NCBI GenBank assembly: GCA_040954595.2
Contig: CM082595.2
Location: 5,730,137-5,794,136 of the forward strand
DNA: 64,000 nt
From: Balanoglossus misakiensis
Taxonomy: Eukaryota; Animalia; Hemichordata
Direction: 5' to 3'
The position numbers and the translations under genes are program-made. Positions 14,436 through 28,250 of this stretch are shown piece by piece. Below the pieces are notes generated by a model. It saw only the letters and a program-made list of their open reading frames with translations. It searched no databases and was not told the origin of the DNA. Each line of letters opens with the position of its first letter. Positions within the stretch are counted from its first letter, which is position 1.

Positions 14436-15474
14436 ATGGTGTCTTTACAACTGGTCATGTAAATTTGTCCATATTTTTTTTGAAATATGGATGGGTGTGA
14501 TGATGAACACAATTATTTAAAATTGTCAGTCCTTTCTCTTCCTTCACTTAGGGACTTGTGTAGTCTAGCATGTACCTGGATGCTTTTAGATCTTAGAACT
14601 GCAAGCCTCAATTCACCATTTGGCCAGTCCAGTTGGATTATAAAACAAGAGTCCTAAACATCACACATGGAGTAATATAACAATTAACATGCTGTAGTGG
14701 CATTCCCTTGAAGCCAATACAATAGCTGACAGCCATCTTCTGATGATAGGATCACATTCTGTCAGCAAAGGCAAGGCTAATTTAATCCACTTAAAACACC
14801 ATCCTTCATTGATTACCTCACGGTACATCAATCATTTAGAGATGTTCCGAGTGACGAGTTTCAACAGAAGGAAAACGACTGATTTATGTATCCAGTGAAA
14901 TGGAGAAACACTGAAGAAGTAAGGCAAATGAGTTTCTTTCGTAAATGGTCCTCGTCGATACGTACATCACCGAGACTTGTGTTCTATAGGTCTCTATGTG
15001 CTACATCAGTACCCGCAGTGTAATTTTCTCTGCAAGAATAACCACAGAGGAGACATGTAATCCCCTAGGAGAAAACAAAATGTCTATTACTACATTCCTC
15101 GTACAAAAACAAGAAATAAATCACCCTGACATGAAATCCTTCACGGACCATTTAACTGTTAAGCTTAAATTGCCAGAAAAATATTTTTCTGGCAATAAAA
15201 ATACCACACACTGGGTTCTGCATCATAGTTTATTTTCACAGGCTGGGGGAAGATGGTATGGGACTTTCATAGCAGGGTAATGCCACACTCATGAAATGCA
15301 ATTTGCCACAGATCCTGAGATAACCCCATGTCCCTATGATAGACGGTTTTACAGGTATAACAGAAGTTCGCAGTATGTACAATCCGTCCATGATCTGACC
15401 TTGGCAAAATAATCCTTTCTGGATGTACTTAACACGTTAAATTTTTTGACTTAAGCAAAAACAGTTTCACCTTT

Positions 15475-15759
15475 TTAACCCTTTCACCCCCAGTTCCCTC
15501 TATAGAGCTCCAACCTTACCATGGTTAAAGGTATACAGTCACCTATGGAAAATTAGCAATAGTTACCATGGCAAATTAAGATCTAGCCAATCACAGATTT
15601 TCACTGGGTGGCACACGCGAAAAATAGAGTGCCACCATATGTTCTTTAGAATGCTCAAATACACCATTTCTGACATATATGGGTGTATGTGAATTGGAGG
15701 TGACTGTGTACCTTTAAACAGTGGATTTGGACTGGACCATATGATGGTGAAAGGGTTAA
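15475..15759. mobile_element. Family B mini-element (TTAA-CCCTTTCACC termini, piggyBac-like) interrupted by family A copy 2 (15525-15717, reverse)
   Basis: TTAACCCTTTCACC...CCATGG[TTAA family A TTAA]ACAGTGGATTTGGACTGGACCAT...GGTGAAAGGGTTAA; removing the insert gives the reverse complement of the ~90 bp elements at 32414 and 44728. Confidence 0.85.
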
Positions 15760-17432
15760 AAACTCCTGCCTGGCACCTTCAAGTCTTATTAATGTCAAGT
15801 TTAGGGAAAGAGACCATTCTGTTTCATTTCAGCAGCCAGGATGTCCATGTAGCATTCTTCCAATTACCCACATTACCGAGGAAGAGTTTTGACGTCCATT
15901 ACTGGAGACTGAAGTGGCTGCGAGCTGATGAGCCAAGTGTATTAAACTCTTGACCTTCAAATAGGATGATGAGCATTTAGCATGTTTGATATGTCATGCA
16001 TAGATGATTTCCAAGAGTATCCTATTATAGTATGGATATTACAAATCAGCACACAAGCAAGCATTCTGAGTAACTTGTATGTAAAACAGCTGCATATATG
16101 TTATATCACAAATGCTGGAATCCTAGCATTTCAAGAGAGTTACATGCAGTCACAAAATCGAAGAACTCCATACATTCAATTAGTTCATGTTACCTGTTAC
16201 CAGTATTTTGAACTTGTATGGCAGAGATACTAGATGTGCTAGGAGTATGCCAAAACCACTTTGAAATAAGCAATGTCACAGTGTCACACACAGTAGTTAC
16301 CGCCCCTTAAATACACTGGTTCATTACACAGGGAGCAATTACCCTTTAGAGCATGACATTTGGCTTGTTCCGTGTAAACTGTTATCTTTGTCCTCTAAAG
16401 CTATGTGTGGCAGAGAGAGATTATTCAGACAATTGATGTGACCGTGAGATGAGACAGTTACTGAGTTAGTGGTTGACATATGGTATCTCATATTTTGTGA
16501 GCTGAAATCCTTCAAACATATTGCTGAGTCAGTGAGCGAGAAAGGTATGTTTTGCCTATTCTACACTTTTATTAGATTTATAGGCAACATGGAAAAAGTT
16601 ATCACTGATTTATTGTTATGGTAGTTCCTAATACTTTCATATCATTCACGATGAAAAAAATTCAATTTTCTTTTCAACTTCTACGTTTTCATTAATTTTC
16701 TATTACAGTATGATGAAATCAGACAGCTCTAGATTATTTCATCAATAAACAGGGAAATGAAATTTTGAGAAACACATTAAAAGATGTATTTTGTGCATCA
16801 TGTACAATTTATGTAAAATTATATTACCACATTGGCAGCAGGAATACCATATTTAACTGAATTAAAATTTGGCCATTGCAAATGTTATGCTTGTTCATCT
16901 TCATAAAATTTATATTTTCTGTAGCTGAACTGTTCTGGAAAATCATTTTTTTTATCTAGAAATGATTTCTACTGCTGAAATATTTCTGGTACTAGTATTT
17001 GCACAATCATTATGATATATCACAGACATACCTCATATTGCAATAAATCTTACTTTGATAAGAAGAATGATATTTGAAATATCAAACACTTATTAAGACT
17101 ATTAGGCACTGAAAAGTAAATGTCTGTATTATGACTCAATTTTATTTTATGATGTTGTTTTAGGAGTCCAGCAATGAGTTTGTTTTGCGAGCAGGCAAAT
17201 TCACTGTTGCACAAATTCTGTCGTCATGGTGATCTGATAAGCAGGCTCACGCACACACCTGTGCTGTTCACGTGGCAACCAGAGCATAGCGGCGAAAATC
17301 TTATATGTCAAGGACAAGGCACTATACTATCTCAGGGCCTGTGATAAATGTTTTCGCAATACTCAGTATCTTAAAAGTTCAAAATATCATTATAGAGCTA
17401 TGACTCTGTTGGCTATGCAGGATATTTCACTA

Positions 17433-17617
17433 TTAAAGGTATACGGTCACCTCCAATTTACATATGCCCATATATGTCAGAAATGGGGTATTTGAGTGTC
17501 TAAAGAACATATGGCGGTGCTCTTTTTTCGCATGCCACCCACTGAAAATCCGTGATTGGCTAGATCTCAAATTGCCATGGTTACTGTAGTTATATTTGCA
17601 TAGGTGAATGTATACCT
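17433..17617 (+). mobile_element. MITE family A, copy 3
   Basis: TTAAAGGTATACGGTCACCTCCAATTTAC...TAGGTGAATGTATACCT. Confidence 0.88.
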
Positions 17618-18054
17618 GTATTAAACTGCAGATTCTTGTTCAAATCCTCTCAAGAATGGCAATATATGCCCAGTTTAATATTCAGTTTAAGATCACATCC
17701 CGTCCTTGTCAATGCTGTAGAATATTGCACATGACTGGAAACGCACATTTTTTATGCAAAGCCATCAAGACATGAGTCATATATCTGCATTTCCATGTTT
17801 ATAGTATCAGCAGTTTTGATGATTTCACTTTCCCTATAAAGCACTCTGACCTTTTTATGCAGGCCAGGATTGCTACATCTGCAACACCTATGATTGTACA
17901 TTTACGAAAAATCAAAGGGTAATCTCACACGCCACAGAATAATTTACCTTCAAGTTCACCACTTTGATCGATTGTGGAGTGGCTTGTCCACTGATTTATG
18001 CATTGACAGTTCAATGGTGAAAAATCACAAGCACAGACTGTCGCGACCAGGTCC

Positions 18055-18232
18055 TTAAAGGTATACGGTCAACTCCAATTTACATATCGCCAAATGTAGT
18101 TGAAATGGCGTATTTGAGTGTTCTAAAGAACGCTTTATTTTCGCGTGTGCCACCCACTGAAAATCTGTGATTGGTTAGATCTCGATTTACCATGGTAACT
18201 GTGGCTAAATTTGTATAGGTGACCGTATACCT
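18055..18232 (+). mobile_element. MITE family A, copy 4 (small internal deletion)
   Basis: TTAAAGGTATACGGTCAACTCC...TAGGTGACCGTATACCT. Confidence 0.88.
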
Positions 18233-19124
18233 TGTGAAACGTTTTTTTAACTGCCAGTTTTTATGGAGTAATGGAGACCTGAGCTGCATTTCAAGTACGT
18301 AAGTGATAACTCCAGGCTGGAATGATTTTTTCTTTTCCAAGAAATTCATACACTTTGATGATTCAATATTAGTGATTCTTTTTCGGTCTGATTGATTGTG
18401 TTAGCTGTCTGAGCTTAATAATCTTTTACTACACTCTCAACGCTGCTTGAAACATTAAAGGGGAGGGTTGCTTGAGACCAATAAAGGGGAGGGTGGTCTT
18501 CACTCTACATGTGCGACTTTCCTGTTCATAAACACACCATCATCAATGGTCAAATTAAATAGAAAGTTTGATAAACCACCTATTTTCAGGTGATCAAAAT
18601 ACACATGAAATCGCATCTCATTAATGAAATTTTAATCTCATGAATATTTAAATGTCTTATTCATGAATCAAGTTTCCCACTGAAATCTGCCAGGACTTTT
18701 TTTTTTAATAAAGTCATGGAGGGGAACAGCTCACGAGAATGTTCATACAATTTGCCAAGATGCCAGCAAAGTTACATTTACAAATCACGGCTCTGCTATG
18801 GTAGTAAACGTTTATTTATCGATGCAGGTAACGTCAAAGTTAATTAGCTGACTGATTGAAAGTAGATTTTGGTTTTTCTCTATGCCCTCGCCATTAGCAA
18901 AATCATCAGCACTCAGCGTGCCATCTCTGCTATCTTCAAATTTGTCCATTAATGGGAATAATCACCCCATTCTTTTCAAATCGCCACAAAGCGTGTGCCA
19001 ATTGCCATTTCTTCATCATCGCTCATTGCTATTATCAGCACGTGGATGCGTCCAAGGCAACGACAAGTCGGTCATGAATGCCAATCCCCGTGGCAACAAC
19101 TGAACAGACGATCAAATGCCTGCC

Positions 19125-19322
19125 TTAAAGGTATGCGGTCACCTATGGAAAATTAGCTATAGTTACCATAGCAAATTGAGATATAGCCAATGATAGATTT
19201 TCAGTGGGTGGCACACGCGAAAAAAGAGCGCCACCATATGTTCTTTTGAACGCTCAAACACGCCATTTCAGTCATATATGGGTGTATGTAATTGTAAATT
19301 GGAGGTGACTGTATACCTTTAA
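19125..19322 (-). mobile_element. MITE family A, copy 5
   Basis: TTAAAGGTATGCGGTCACCTATGG...GGAGGTGACTGTATACCTTTAA. Confidence 0.9.
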
Positions 19323-20967
19323 AGTTAAACTTGCAGAACTTGGGACACTATCATAATAGTTTTCTGTAATTAAGTCAATAAACTCACTGGAGAATGAATA
19401 CTGAAAGCTTCGTGTACTCGACAAACCAGGACATTCATGTCAGAGGAATCTTTTGTACACTCGGCAATGATGGACAGCGCAATCAAAGTTGCCCTTCCTC
19501 TCTGCATAGTCTCTGCGTTTGTCAACGAACACAATCTAGGACGATACAGTTTCGATAGCGGGCCTTCAATGCCTTAAGCCTGTGCACGCCCAATAATGCC
19601 CGTGACTACAGCTCCTAAATTGCTTACATTTCATCCGATACTATTTCCTCAGTGCATCAGCCAGGTGGGGATACGCACACAATGCCTGTATACGAAAGCA
19701 TCTGCAGTATAATCACATGGATAGCAGTACTGTACTGATTCAAAGTTTAATCAGGTTGTATAAATCCAATCACTGAGCGGGGATAACCCAATTGAAAAGA
19801 AGTTTTCTTCGCGAGCCACTTATTTACCTGGAGTATTTAATCTTCTGTAAATGAACTTAGAGAGTTCAGCTTTTTCGCCACCCACAGTACAAATGCCAAC
19901 CGGTGCTGAGATAGATTTAATATTGGCAGAAATATTGGCCAGGTCTGGGCAATGACACACGGAAATAGAAATTTCCATCATCATTCCCACTGTCTTGTGA
20001 CTTCATTCCAGAACTCATCCCGCAGAAAAAATCTGAGCTGGAAGACTGGAATTTTACGAAACAAATTCCAAATTAAGTACTGGCTATCCGGGGCAGATAC
20101 GTTTTCTATCTGCAACGCCGACAAACGATCACACATTTCTGTGAATGTTTGTCTGCTGCCTGAGGAATTTCAAACAAGCTTACAAATTTCAGCAGAAGAC
20201 AGGGTGGCTGTGAATAGTTTGGAAGAGGCCTTGCTATTAAAAGAAATGAAAACAGCATCAATCCTCACTCAGTCACTGTACTGTGTGGCATTGTTGCACC
20301 AAGGAGAGAATATTTACGGCCACTATTGGTACATGTATGATTTTCTGACTGAATATGGGCTGCGTTGTGTGATATAGTTTTTAGTCACAAAAATTTACAT
20401 TTTCCCCTGGGGAGTATTAAGGCTTATTTTTATTCAATTCTTTGTTTCAGACTAAAAATGTATGAGTTACACAAATACAAACACAAACATAAACAAAGTA
20501 CAGAATCATGAGACAACAAAAAGAAAAAGTACTACTAAATAACCATGGCTTGATTTCGAGATTATGCATTCCAAATACGTTCTGCCTTTGCATCATTTCA
20601 TAGTCGTCAACAGCTGTTGCACATCTCTTCAGACAATCCACCCATTCATTTCACTGCAGATTTTTTTTTCTAGCACTTATCCAGGGGCGCTTCTATAGCA
20701 AATAGGACACTTGCGTGGTCGACGACTGTACATCCTCAACTGTAGTGGGACAAATTAGAATCCCTGATGGTTGTATCCAGCATATTTCTTTCAATATTTG
20801 ATGGGTTTTCAATGCAAACATATCTGATAAGTTACAACCCCTGGGGGAGGCTGAATTACATGAAAACAGATGCGTAGGTCAGAGATCTTCCCATTGCATG
20901 GATCGCCAAAACTGATGGCGAAATCTCAAACGTTAATACATCATTACTTGTCAAACCTGGCTCGATC

Positions 20968-21126
20968 TATCATAATCCAGCCAATCACATCAGTGTCAGT
21001 CAAAATAATTTACATAATTACGTACCTCATTTGCATACAATATTTGTTTATCATAATCCAGCCAATCACATCAGTGTGAGTCAGAAAAATTTGCATGATT
21101 TCGTACCTCATTTGCATACAATATTT
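20968..21126. repeat. Two-copy ~81 bp tandem repeat
   Basis: TATCATAATCCAGCCAATCACATCAGTGT...CGTACCTCATTTGCATACAATATTT occurs twice. Confidence 0.85.
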
Positions 21127-22874
21127 TTTGTACATTTTCATAGTATACTGCAAAACAGATTTCAATCTGACAGCATCACACACATATGTTGCGCTCAGTT
21201 ACATGTATGTAAGATCTTGAAGACGAAGTATCGGGAGAGAAAGAAATTCAAAAGAATACTTCAATATCAAATCAGTTACTCTAATGTCCTGTTTCCATGT
21301 CCTGCCTTGAACGTGTAAAACTCACCAGTAGTTGAACGTGTACTGTTACATGTACAACCAAATCTAAATTCAATAGGCCTACTGAAGGATAAAATATGGT
21401 GCGCAGACAGACCCACTGTGGAGTGTGGTGTTCTATGAAATAGCTTTGTCTCAGCAGTACAAAAAAATTCACAAACAGACGAAAACGTGCATTTCTATAT
21501 GGTTTATTTACGCATGTGTTTTTCTGTACATACTACGGCGTGGTTGAATTCTGGGCTTTTCAAAGCTGAATGCTGGGAATGTGTTAAGGGGTGTACAGCA
21601 AGAAATACCGAAAAGACTGTCAAAGATTCCAGCTATATGCACTGTCCCTTTCACGTTTGACATGTGTACAATCACGCGCATGCACCCCTGTTGGGGCACC
21701 GTAATTGATTTTGATGGATTTTTTCACCACTTGCAAATCGCAAGCTGGCATCTTGGCCAGACCTTTCACAAAGCATTTACACATTTGATGAATTAGCTTC
21801 ACCGAGGAGTCGCCGGGGCATTGGCATGTCTTCTGCTCGACTGTTAATCTAACAAATGGGCTCATTAGGTGCTGGGCATCACCATCTGACCGAGAGGTGT
21901 CACTGCGTCTGGCTCGGGAGGTGAGCGCGGTCACATCGTCATTCGCTGCTGGCATTCTTGAATGGCGTCTGACTGATGCTGAAAATTATTCAATTTAGGC
22001 TTTTCACCCCTTCCTTCTGCAGAGGTCCAAAGGAACCTTAGATTAGAAAACAATGGATTTCATCCAAACCATTGCAGTGAAAGGCTGAATCCTGTTGCTG
22101 TTAGCGAGCGGGGAGGGGCGCGCTAATCCCCATCCGCATGTCATAGGTCACCGAGAGGTCAGGGTTCACACAGTGAGCACACTTCGTCTTTAAAAATCTG
22201 TCCTTTATTGAGGTAACCCTATTTAATTAGAGAATTGTCTATAATGCCAGGTTTCATTGTACATCACTCTCTCTTCTAAAAGTGTGGTGGTTGAAACGGA
22301 ATTTTAAGAAATTCAAACATAATTCAGCACAAAATCTACACAAAGATGAAACTGGGAGGCCAAAGAAACATGCTGTCTTCCAAGATACCAGATTGTTGGG
22401 GCAGACACAAAAGTTTAATGATATTCTTCTTCATAAATGTAATCAAATGCCGCTTGTTGCAGGTACATGTACAATGCACACATAGTTACCTTCGGCTCGA
22501 GCTGATCAGTTCTGTGGAACGTCGTTATTAATGAAGAAAGGGACAGACATAAATTACACCCTTGACGTGTAATTAATCACACATTTTACACGACACGGCG
22601 CACACGCTACAGAATAGTACATGTCAGACGGTGTGTTCTGCTCTCAAATTAGGTAAATAATCGACACTGAGCTTTGATCAATTTGTTAAATGGTGTGTAA
22701 CTTAGTGGGTAATGATGCACCGTTGAATAAATTGCTGACTGCGGCAAAATTAAATTTACTAAGTGGCTTGGTGAAGATAATTGAGAATCATAAAGACAGT
22801 ATCGACTTGTTTAAGTGTCTGGACAGCTGTGCCCGCAAAAGTTACTCCATTGTGGCTGTTCCATGCATGATGCT

Positions 22875-23068
22875 TTAAAGGTATACGGTCCCCTATGGAA
22901 AATTAGCTACAGTTACCATGGCAAATTGAGATCTAGCCAATCACAGATTTTCAGTGGTCGGCAAACACACAAAAAAAAGAGCGCCACCATATGGTCTTTA
23001 GAACGCTCAAATACGCCATTTCAGCCGTAAATGGGCGTATGTAAATTGGAGTGACTGTATACCTTTAA
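22875..23068 (-). mobile_element. MITE family A, copy 6
   Basis: TTAAAGGTATACGGTCCCCTATGG...GTGACTGTATACCTTTAA. Confidence 0.9.
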
Positions 23069-26000
23069 AGTTAAAACCTGAGCAAAAATTGAGATACCAG
23101 TACTACAACTTACAAGCTATACTCAGACAGGTGTATGAAGCACAATTTCCAATTTTTGAACATGCAAAAATGACTGACTGTTCAATGTCAACGAGCCATA
23201 CTGGTACCATCCATACACCTCCACCTTCACCTTCACCAAAATCTCAGGAATGATATTTTGTCTTCTCCTTGGTATTATCAATTATCATTATGCCAGTGAG
23301 TGAGACGACTTCATGTAATACCAGCTGGCTTTGCAGACTCATTCATTGAGGGCACACAATAAGAGTACGTAAAAAGCGAAACCCTGAACGACCTTCGTTG
23401 TATATGAAAACTCAACACGGAAAATAAACATATAACATCCCAGCAGCAGAATCCCAGTGGTGTATATGGATAATGCAATGATAGGCTAATCTTATCGCAC
23501 ACGTACGAACGCTGGCTACGAACATACCCCGTCACGCATGGGTGGCCATTTTAATTCAGCACTTCTCTTCCATCAACGTCCGTGACCACAGCTACATGGT
23601 GTTACTGTGCTTGTAATCGTTAACCCTGAGTAAACAATGTTGTTACATTTTACGTACCACAATATTATGCAATTAACGTAATGTACTGTAACATGATGGC
23701 TGCTGCTTTTAGTAATTCTAGCAGGCCGCACTTAACTGGAAATTTCAGTTCGGAAAATTTAATTGTAGAATGAATCGAATACGACACACACACATTGCAA
23801 CCATAATGGGGTAACTTTAAGACTCTCGTATTTTCGCAGATCTTACTTGAAATTACTAAAGGCCGCCATATTGCCGGGTGATGTAATTTGCATATCAGTA
23901 TGTGACAGTTCAAAGCATTAAGTCTTAGTTGCACTTTCACACTTCCAAAAACTCAAAGGATGGAGGGTTGGGGGAGGAGGGGGGGGGGGGTGGACGTCAA
24001 ATGCCATTAGTTGCATGTGTGCTACAAGTTTTAATAATCTAATAATCTTATACTCCACGTCCCTTACATAAGGCTGACATGAAATCAATACTTCTATTAA
24101 AACTGGAAACTATCAATAATATTGAATTGATAAGCATTTTGATGGAGTGACAATTCATGTTGACCTCTCCTAATGATCTAAGGCCACCGACTGCAGTATC
24201 TGCACTTTAGAAATGGATACCAGATATTAATATCGTTCAACTATTCCAGTTATGACTTCATTACGTTGATGTACTAGTATCAGTAGGCACGTCTGACGTG
24301 GAAGTTTCGCGTATTAATTTGATTGATTTACCACTATTTCGAATGAAACGTTTAACCAAGTAGTTCATATAGTTGTATACAAAGATTATACTAAGGTTGA
24401 GATGTTGCAAACCACATATGGGTGGACACGTGAGTAATAACACAGATATTTTCCAGGGGTTTCAGCCAAATAAATATAAGGTATCTATTGCAAGGGATGT
24501 ACATCTTTAGGAAGACTTCAGCTGATTTTCTGTCAAATCTGACACGCGATAGCGAACTGAGCAATCACACTCATTAAAGCATATCGTGATTCAATATATA
24601 AAATATTTGATATATTCTTAGCAACTGCACGGCCTTCAAACTATAAACTCGTGCAATGATACTTGCTCTAATATTCACAGGAGAGAGATGTTTAAATTTA
24701 ACCAACAGTCTTCTTCTTTCAACATTTTTCATGACACCGACAGACGTACATTTTGAGAACAGACATCACAAAGCAACTGGAAAATCTACCTGCCCTGATT
24801 TCATCCTCAAATGATTTTTTTCATCTGGGCAGAACTTATAAACAATTCAGAAATCTAAATATTTTAGAACTATAGGAATAGGTGTCCTGTTACATAGGAA
24901 CTGGAGTTTCTCAGGATCATCTCATCATTATCAGCGCCACCCTTTCACCCCCACCCTGCAGTGCGTGGATTCATCCTCCTCATTAAAGACAGTGCCAACA
25001 AATCAATTAGTGGGGTGGGGTGGTAACCTGTGCCAGGTCAGCAGAGTTCTCGTTATAAACACAAAATAATATGTTGCATGCAAGGCATAAAAACCTAAAT
25101 ACATTTTATCTGAATTTCATCATAAAAATTAGTTCTGACAGTGATCACTGATGATACTCTAGAAACTTCCCACTTGAACTATGACCTTTGTTCATTTCAG
25201 TATAATGTGAACAGATCTGAAGAACTTGGTACTTACAATGTACTAATTTAGCTATTCTTTTAACATCATGAGGAATTTCAGTCACTCAAAAAATGACAAC
25301 GATACTAATAAAACAAACATCATCACTCCTACATGACGGATGCCTTGATAAAATGCATTGAAGATATATGCAGCAGTTGCCCTACATATTCAGTAACCCC
25401 TACACTAAATCCTTCCTATCACAATTTCTACAGTAATGTCTCAGCAATAATCTTTTATTGGAAGATTTTGATGGTTTACATTGAAATAACATTATATGGG
25501 AATGTCCAAACTCAAGATTTCATGCCAACATTCAAAAATTAAATAAACATATCCATATTTATTACTCAATATAAACAAACAATCCATTTTTTATTACTCT
25601 TAGTATGTATTTTACAGATCTCAATAGCTGCTTAGTAATATCACTGAGACAGTGTGAGTGTCTTTATGGCATCCAAATGCTGGTTTGTAATGGAAGGTAA
25701 AGATTAGCATGTAGTAAAATTCCTATCAGAGCCAAGGCTACCATAGGAATGCCTAGTTAAAGTCTGCATGTTGTCTTTGTATGTATGGAGGCCTTGTGCG
25801 ACACATAAAACAAGTCATTGTCAATGACATAGTCCCCAATTGGATCAAGAGATTAGGAAAACATTGAAGGAAACTGTGGTGGAATGTAATAAGTCACGCC
25901 CTGTCAGGAAAAAGGGCTCTGACAATATTACTGACAATTTAGCATGACATGCTACCATTAATTTATAATAATCAATATGTGTACTATTAGTAAAATTGAG

Positions 26001-28158
26001 ATTAGTATTTCAAATATTTGTATGGTAGTCACAATATTTCCTTAGTTTAGTAAGCGCAATTATACCAGTATCTGACTAAATTCACCGCAAAATTTTCTTC
26101 TAAGGTCACTCATTATTCAGCCTGAGCAATGTAAGTCTCCACGCTACCAATATCCCCTCCCGAAACAAGACACGCTATCACCCCTACGCCCTTTACAAGG
26201 ACCCAGCCTCACAATGCAAAACAAGTGGGATGCATCCACTATACAGCTAGAAATAGGGTTAATAAAAGTCACACCGAGAACATTCTTTGGGTCACTAATC
26301 CCGACTTATTAAGAACAGAAAATATGCCAGCATAATTTGCCCCCAGCTGTCAAAAATGTCTTCTGGGAATTTCACTTCAGTTTTCCTGCATGCCAATCTT
26401 GTAACTTGACAGCGGACTTCATTTGAAACATGCAATATAATATATCGCTCTCTTTTAGAACCCATTCCAATGATAAACTTGACAGATTCAAATGCTGCCC
26501 TGCCAAATAGATCGAACCTTAATGATTTATTCTAAACGTGAAATATATAATTTATCACATGTGTGTACAACATACGGTACCCATCAAAAAATTCAATGTT
26601 TACCCCTTTTTAATATGTGAGGATGTGGCTAAGTTCATTGAGGGACTTCCTAATAGTAATACTACATGAACTGATTGATATATAGCACAAATGTTCAATT
26701 TCGAATCCTGTAATATACGTGCCTTTGTTTTAAACTTGCATTTTAAATGAAAATACCATGTGGATAAAGTACCACGACCTTCCAAAATTTCGATATAAAA
26801 ACGGTCTTTGCCTTCTGATCAAACTAACCATGATCTTAAAGCATAGACTTTTCTTTTATAACACCATCACACACAAAATTACTTAGGGTAAGGTATTGAC
26901 TTTCCACAGCAAAGAAATGGATTACCTACAGAAATGTACATTTTTCCTATAGTTTCCTATGTTTTTCAAATACAGTTATGGGTAATACATGTAAGCATGC
27001 CTCTGATACCATTTTGATGGACCACTGATGCACATTACATAATGAAAGAAAATGTAAATGTACAATTAAGCATTTTTAAGATATCTGTGATGCATTAAAC
27101 AGTAACAGCTGAAATTTTAAAACCAATATCTTCTCCTCAAGAGTACACTTTTGATTGATATTTTTTCTATATATCCAGATTATGATAATCTTGGAGTGGG
27201 ATTTACGATTACGCAGGGGCAATAGAGAGTCGGTTTACATTAGAGCACCCTGTAGTATTTGTCCACGATTAGCAAGGACGCCTAAGGTCAGTGAGTTCAC
27301 TTGATACAATTAGGTATAAACAAACACAGTACAATGTGGGACCACAATGCAGGCAGAAAATGTATGAAGGTTTGTTGTGCTGTATTTTGAATAGGTCTTT
27401 TGAGGAAAGACTGTATCTGCATTGTAACTTAAAGTGTCTCTCCGAAGAGAAAACACATTTTCAAAAAAAAAGGCAATCAGTTGCTCTGGGAATGTTTTGA
27501 ACCTCTCAGGAGCAGTGAGTGCAACAATCAGAGTTTTCACAAAAAGTGAAACTGTGATTTTAGATTTGTGATTGCAATCATATCAATGCAACGATCGAAT
27601 GCTGAAAGGAAGCAGAAATGGCTTCAGTTGTTGTGATGGTCACTTGTGGTGGCTTTTCCATCCTTATCTTGATAAGACTTTTGTCTGATGTCATACGCAT
27701 AAAATTACTAGGACAATTTGTCAGCAAACCCAGCTAATGCTACATCCTAGGTTTTTACAGTTCCTCAGCAGAGATGACGTTAGTTTAATATGCTGAGTGT
27801 AAAAACAATATGTGGCCATCAAGTTTACAATTCTCAAACAGATGTGCCATAAACTTGAAAGGGCATAAAAACCTAATGTTTGTATTTATTACAAAATTAT
27901 CTTCTTCACTGTTTATGTGCTTATCGATTTTACATACTTTTTTGTAGCCTCATCCTAATTATCAGCCAAATGGGGCCAGTACTATATTGTTATGGTGTGA
28001 AAGTTGGGGCTATTAAGATGAATTTGATATTGATTGTGAGAAACTGGTTCACACAGAGAATGCACAAAAGATGGATTCAACTTCAAGTGTTTTGTGGACA
28101 GAATCTGCCACAGCAACAAGCTGGTACTGTCAGTGTAGTGCTTGGCTGCAGTTGAATA

Positions 28159-28250
28159 CATGTATATTTCATCTATACACAATCATGTATGTTTCATCTA
28201 TACACTCATGTATGTTTCATACAATCTTGTATGTTTCATGTACAATACAC
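28159..28250. repeat. Degenerate ~24 bp minisatellite
   Basis: CATGTAT(A/G)TTTCATCTATACAC-like unit, 3-4 copies. Confidence 0.7.

Noticed and set aside
19952-20377. 141-aa plus-strand ORF in FBXO42 intron 1
   Set aside because: No recognisable domain, coding bias or partner exons; length is compatible with chance.
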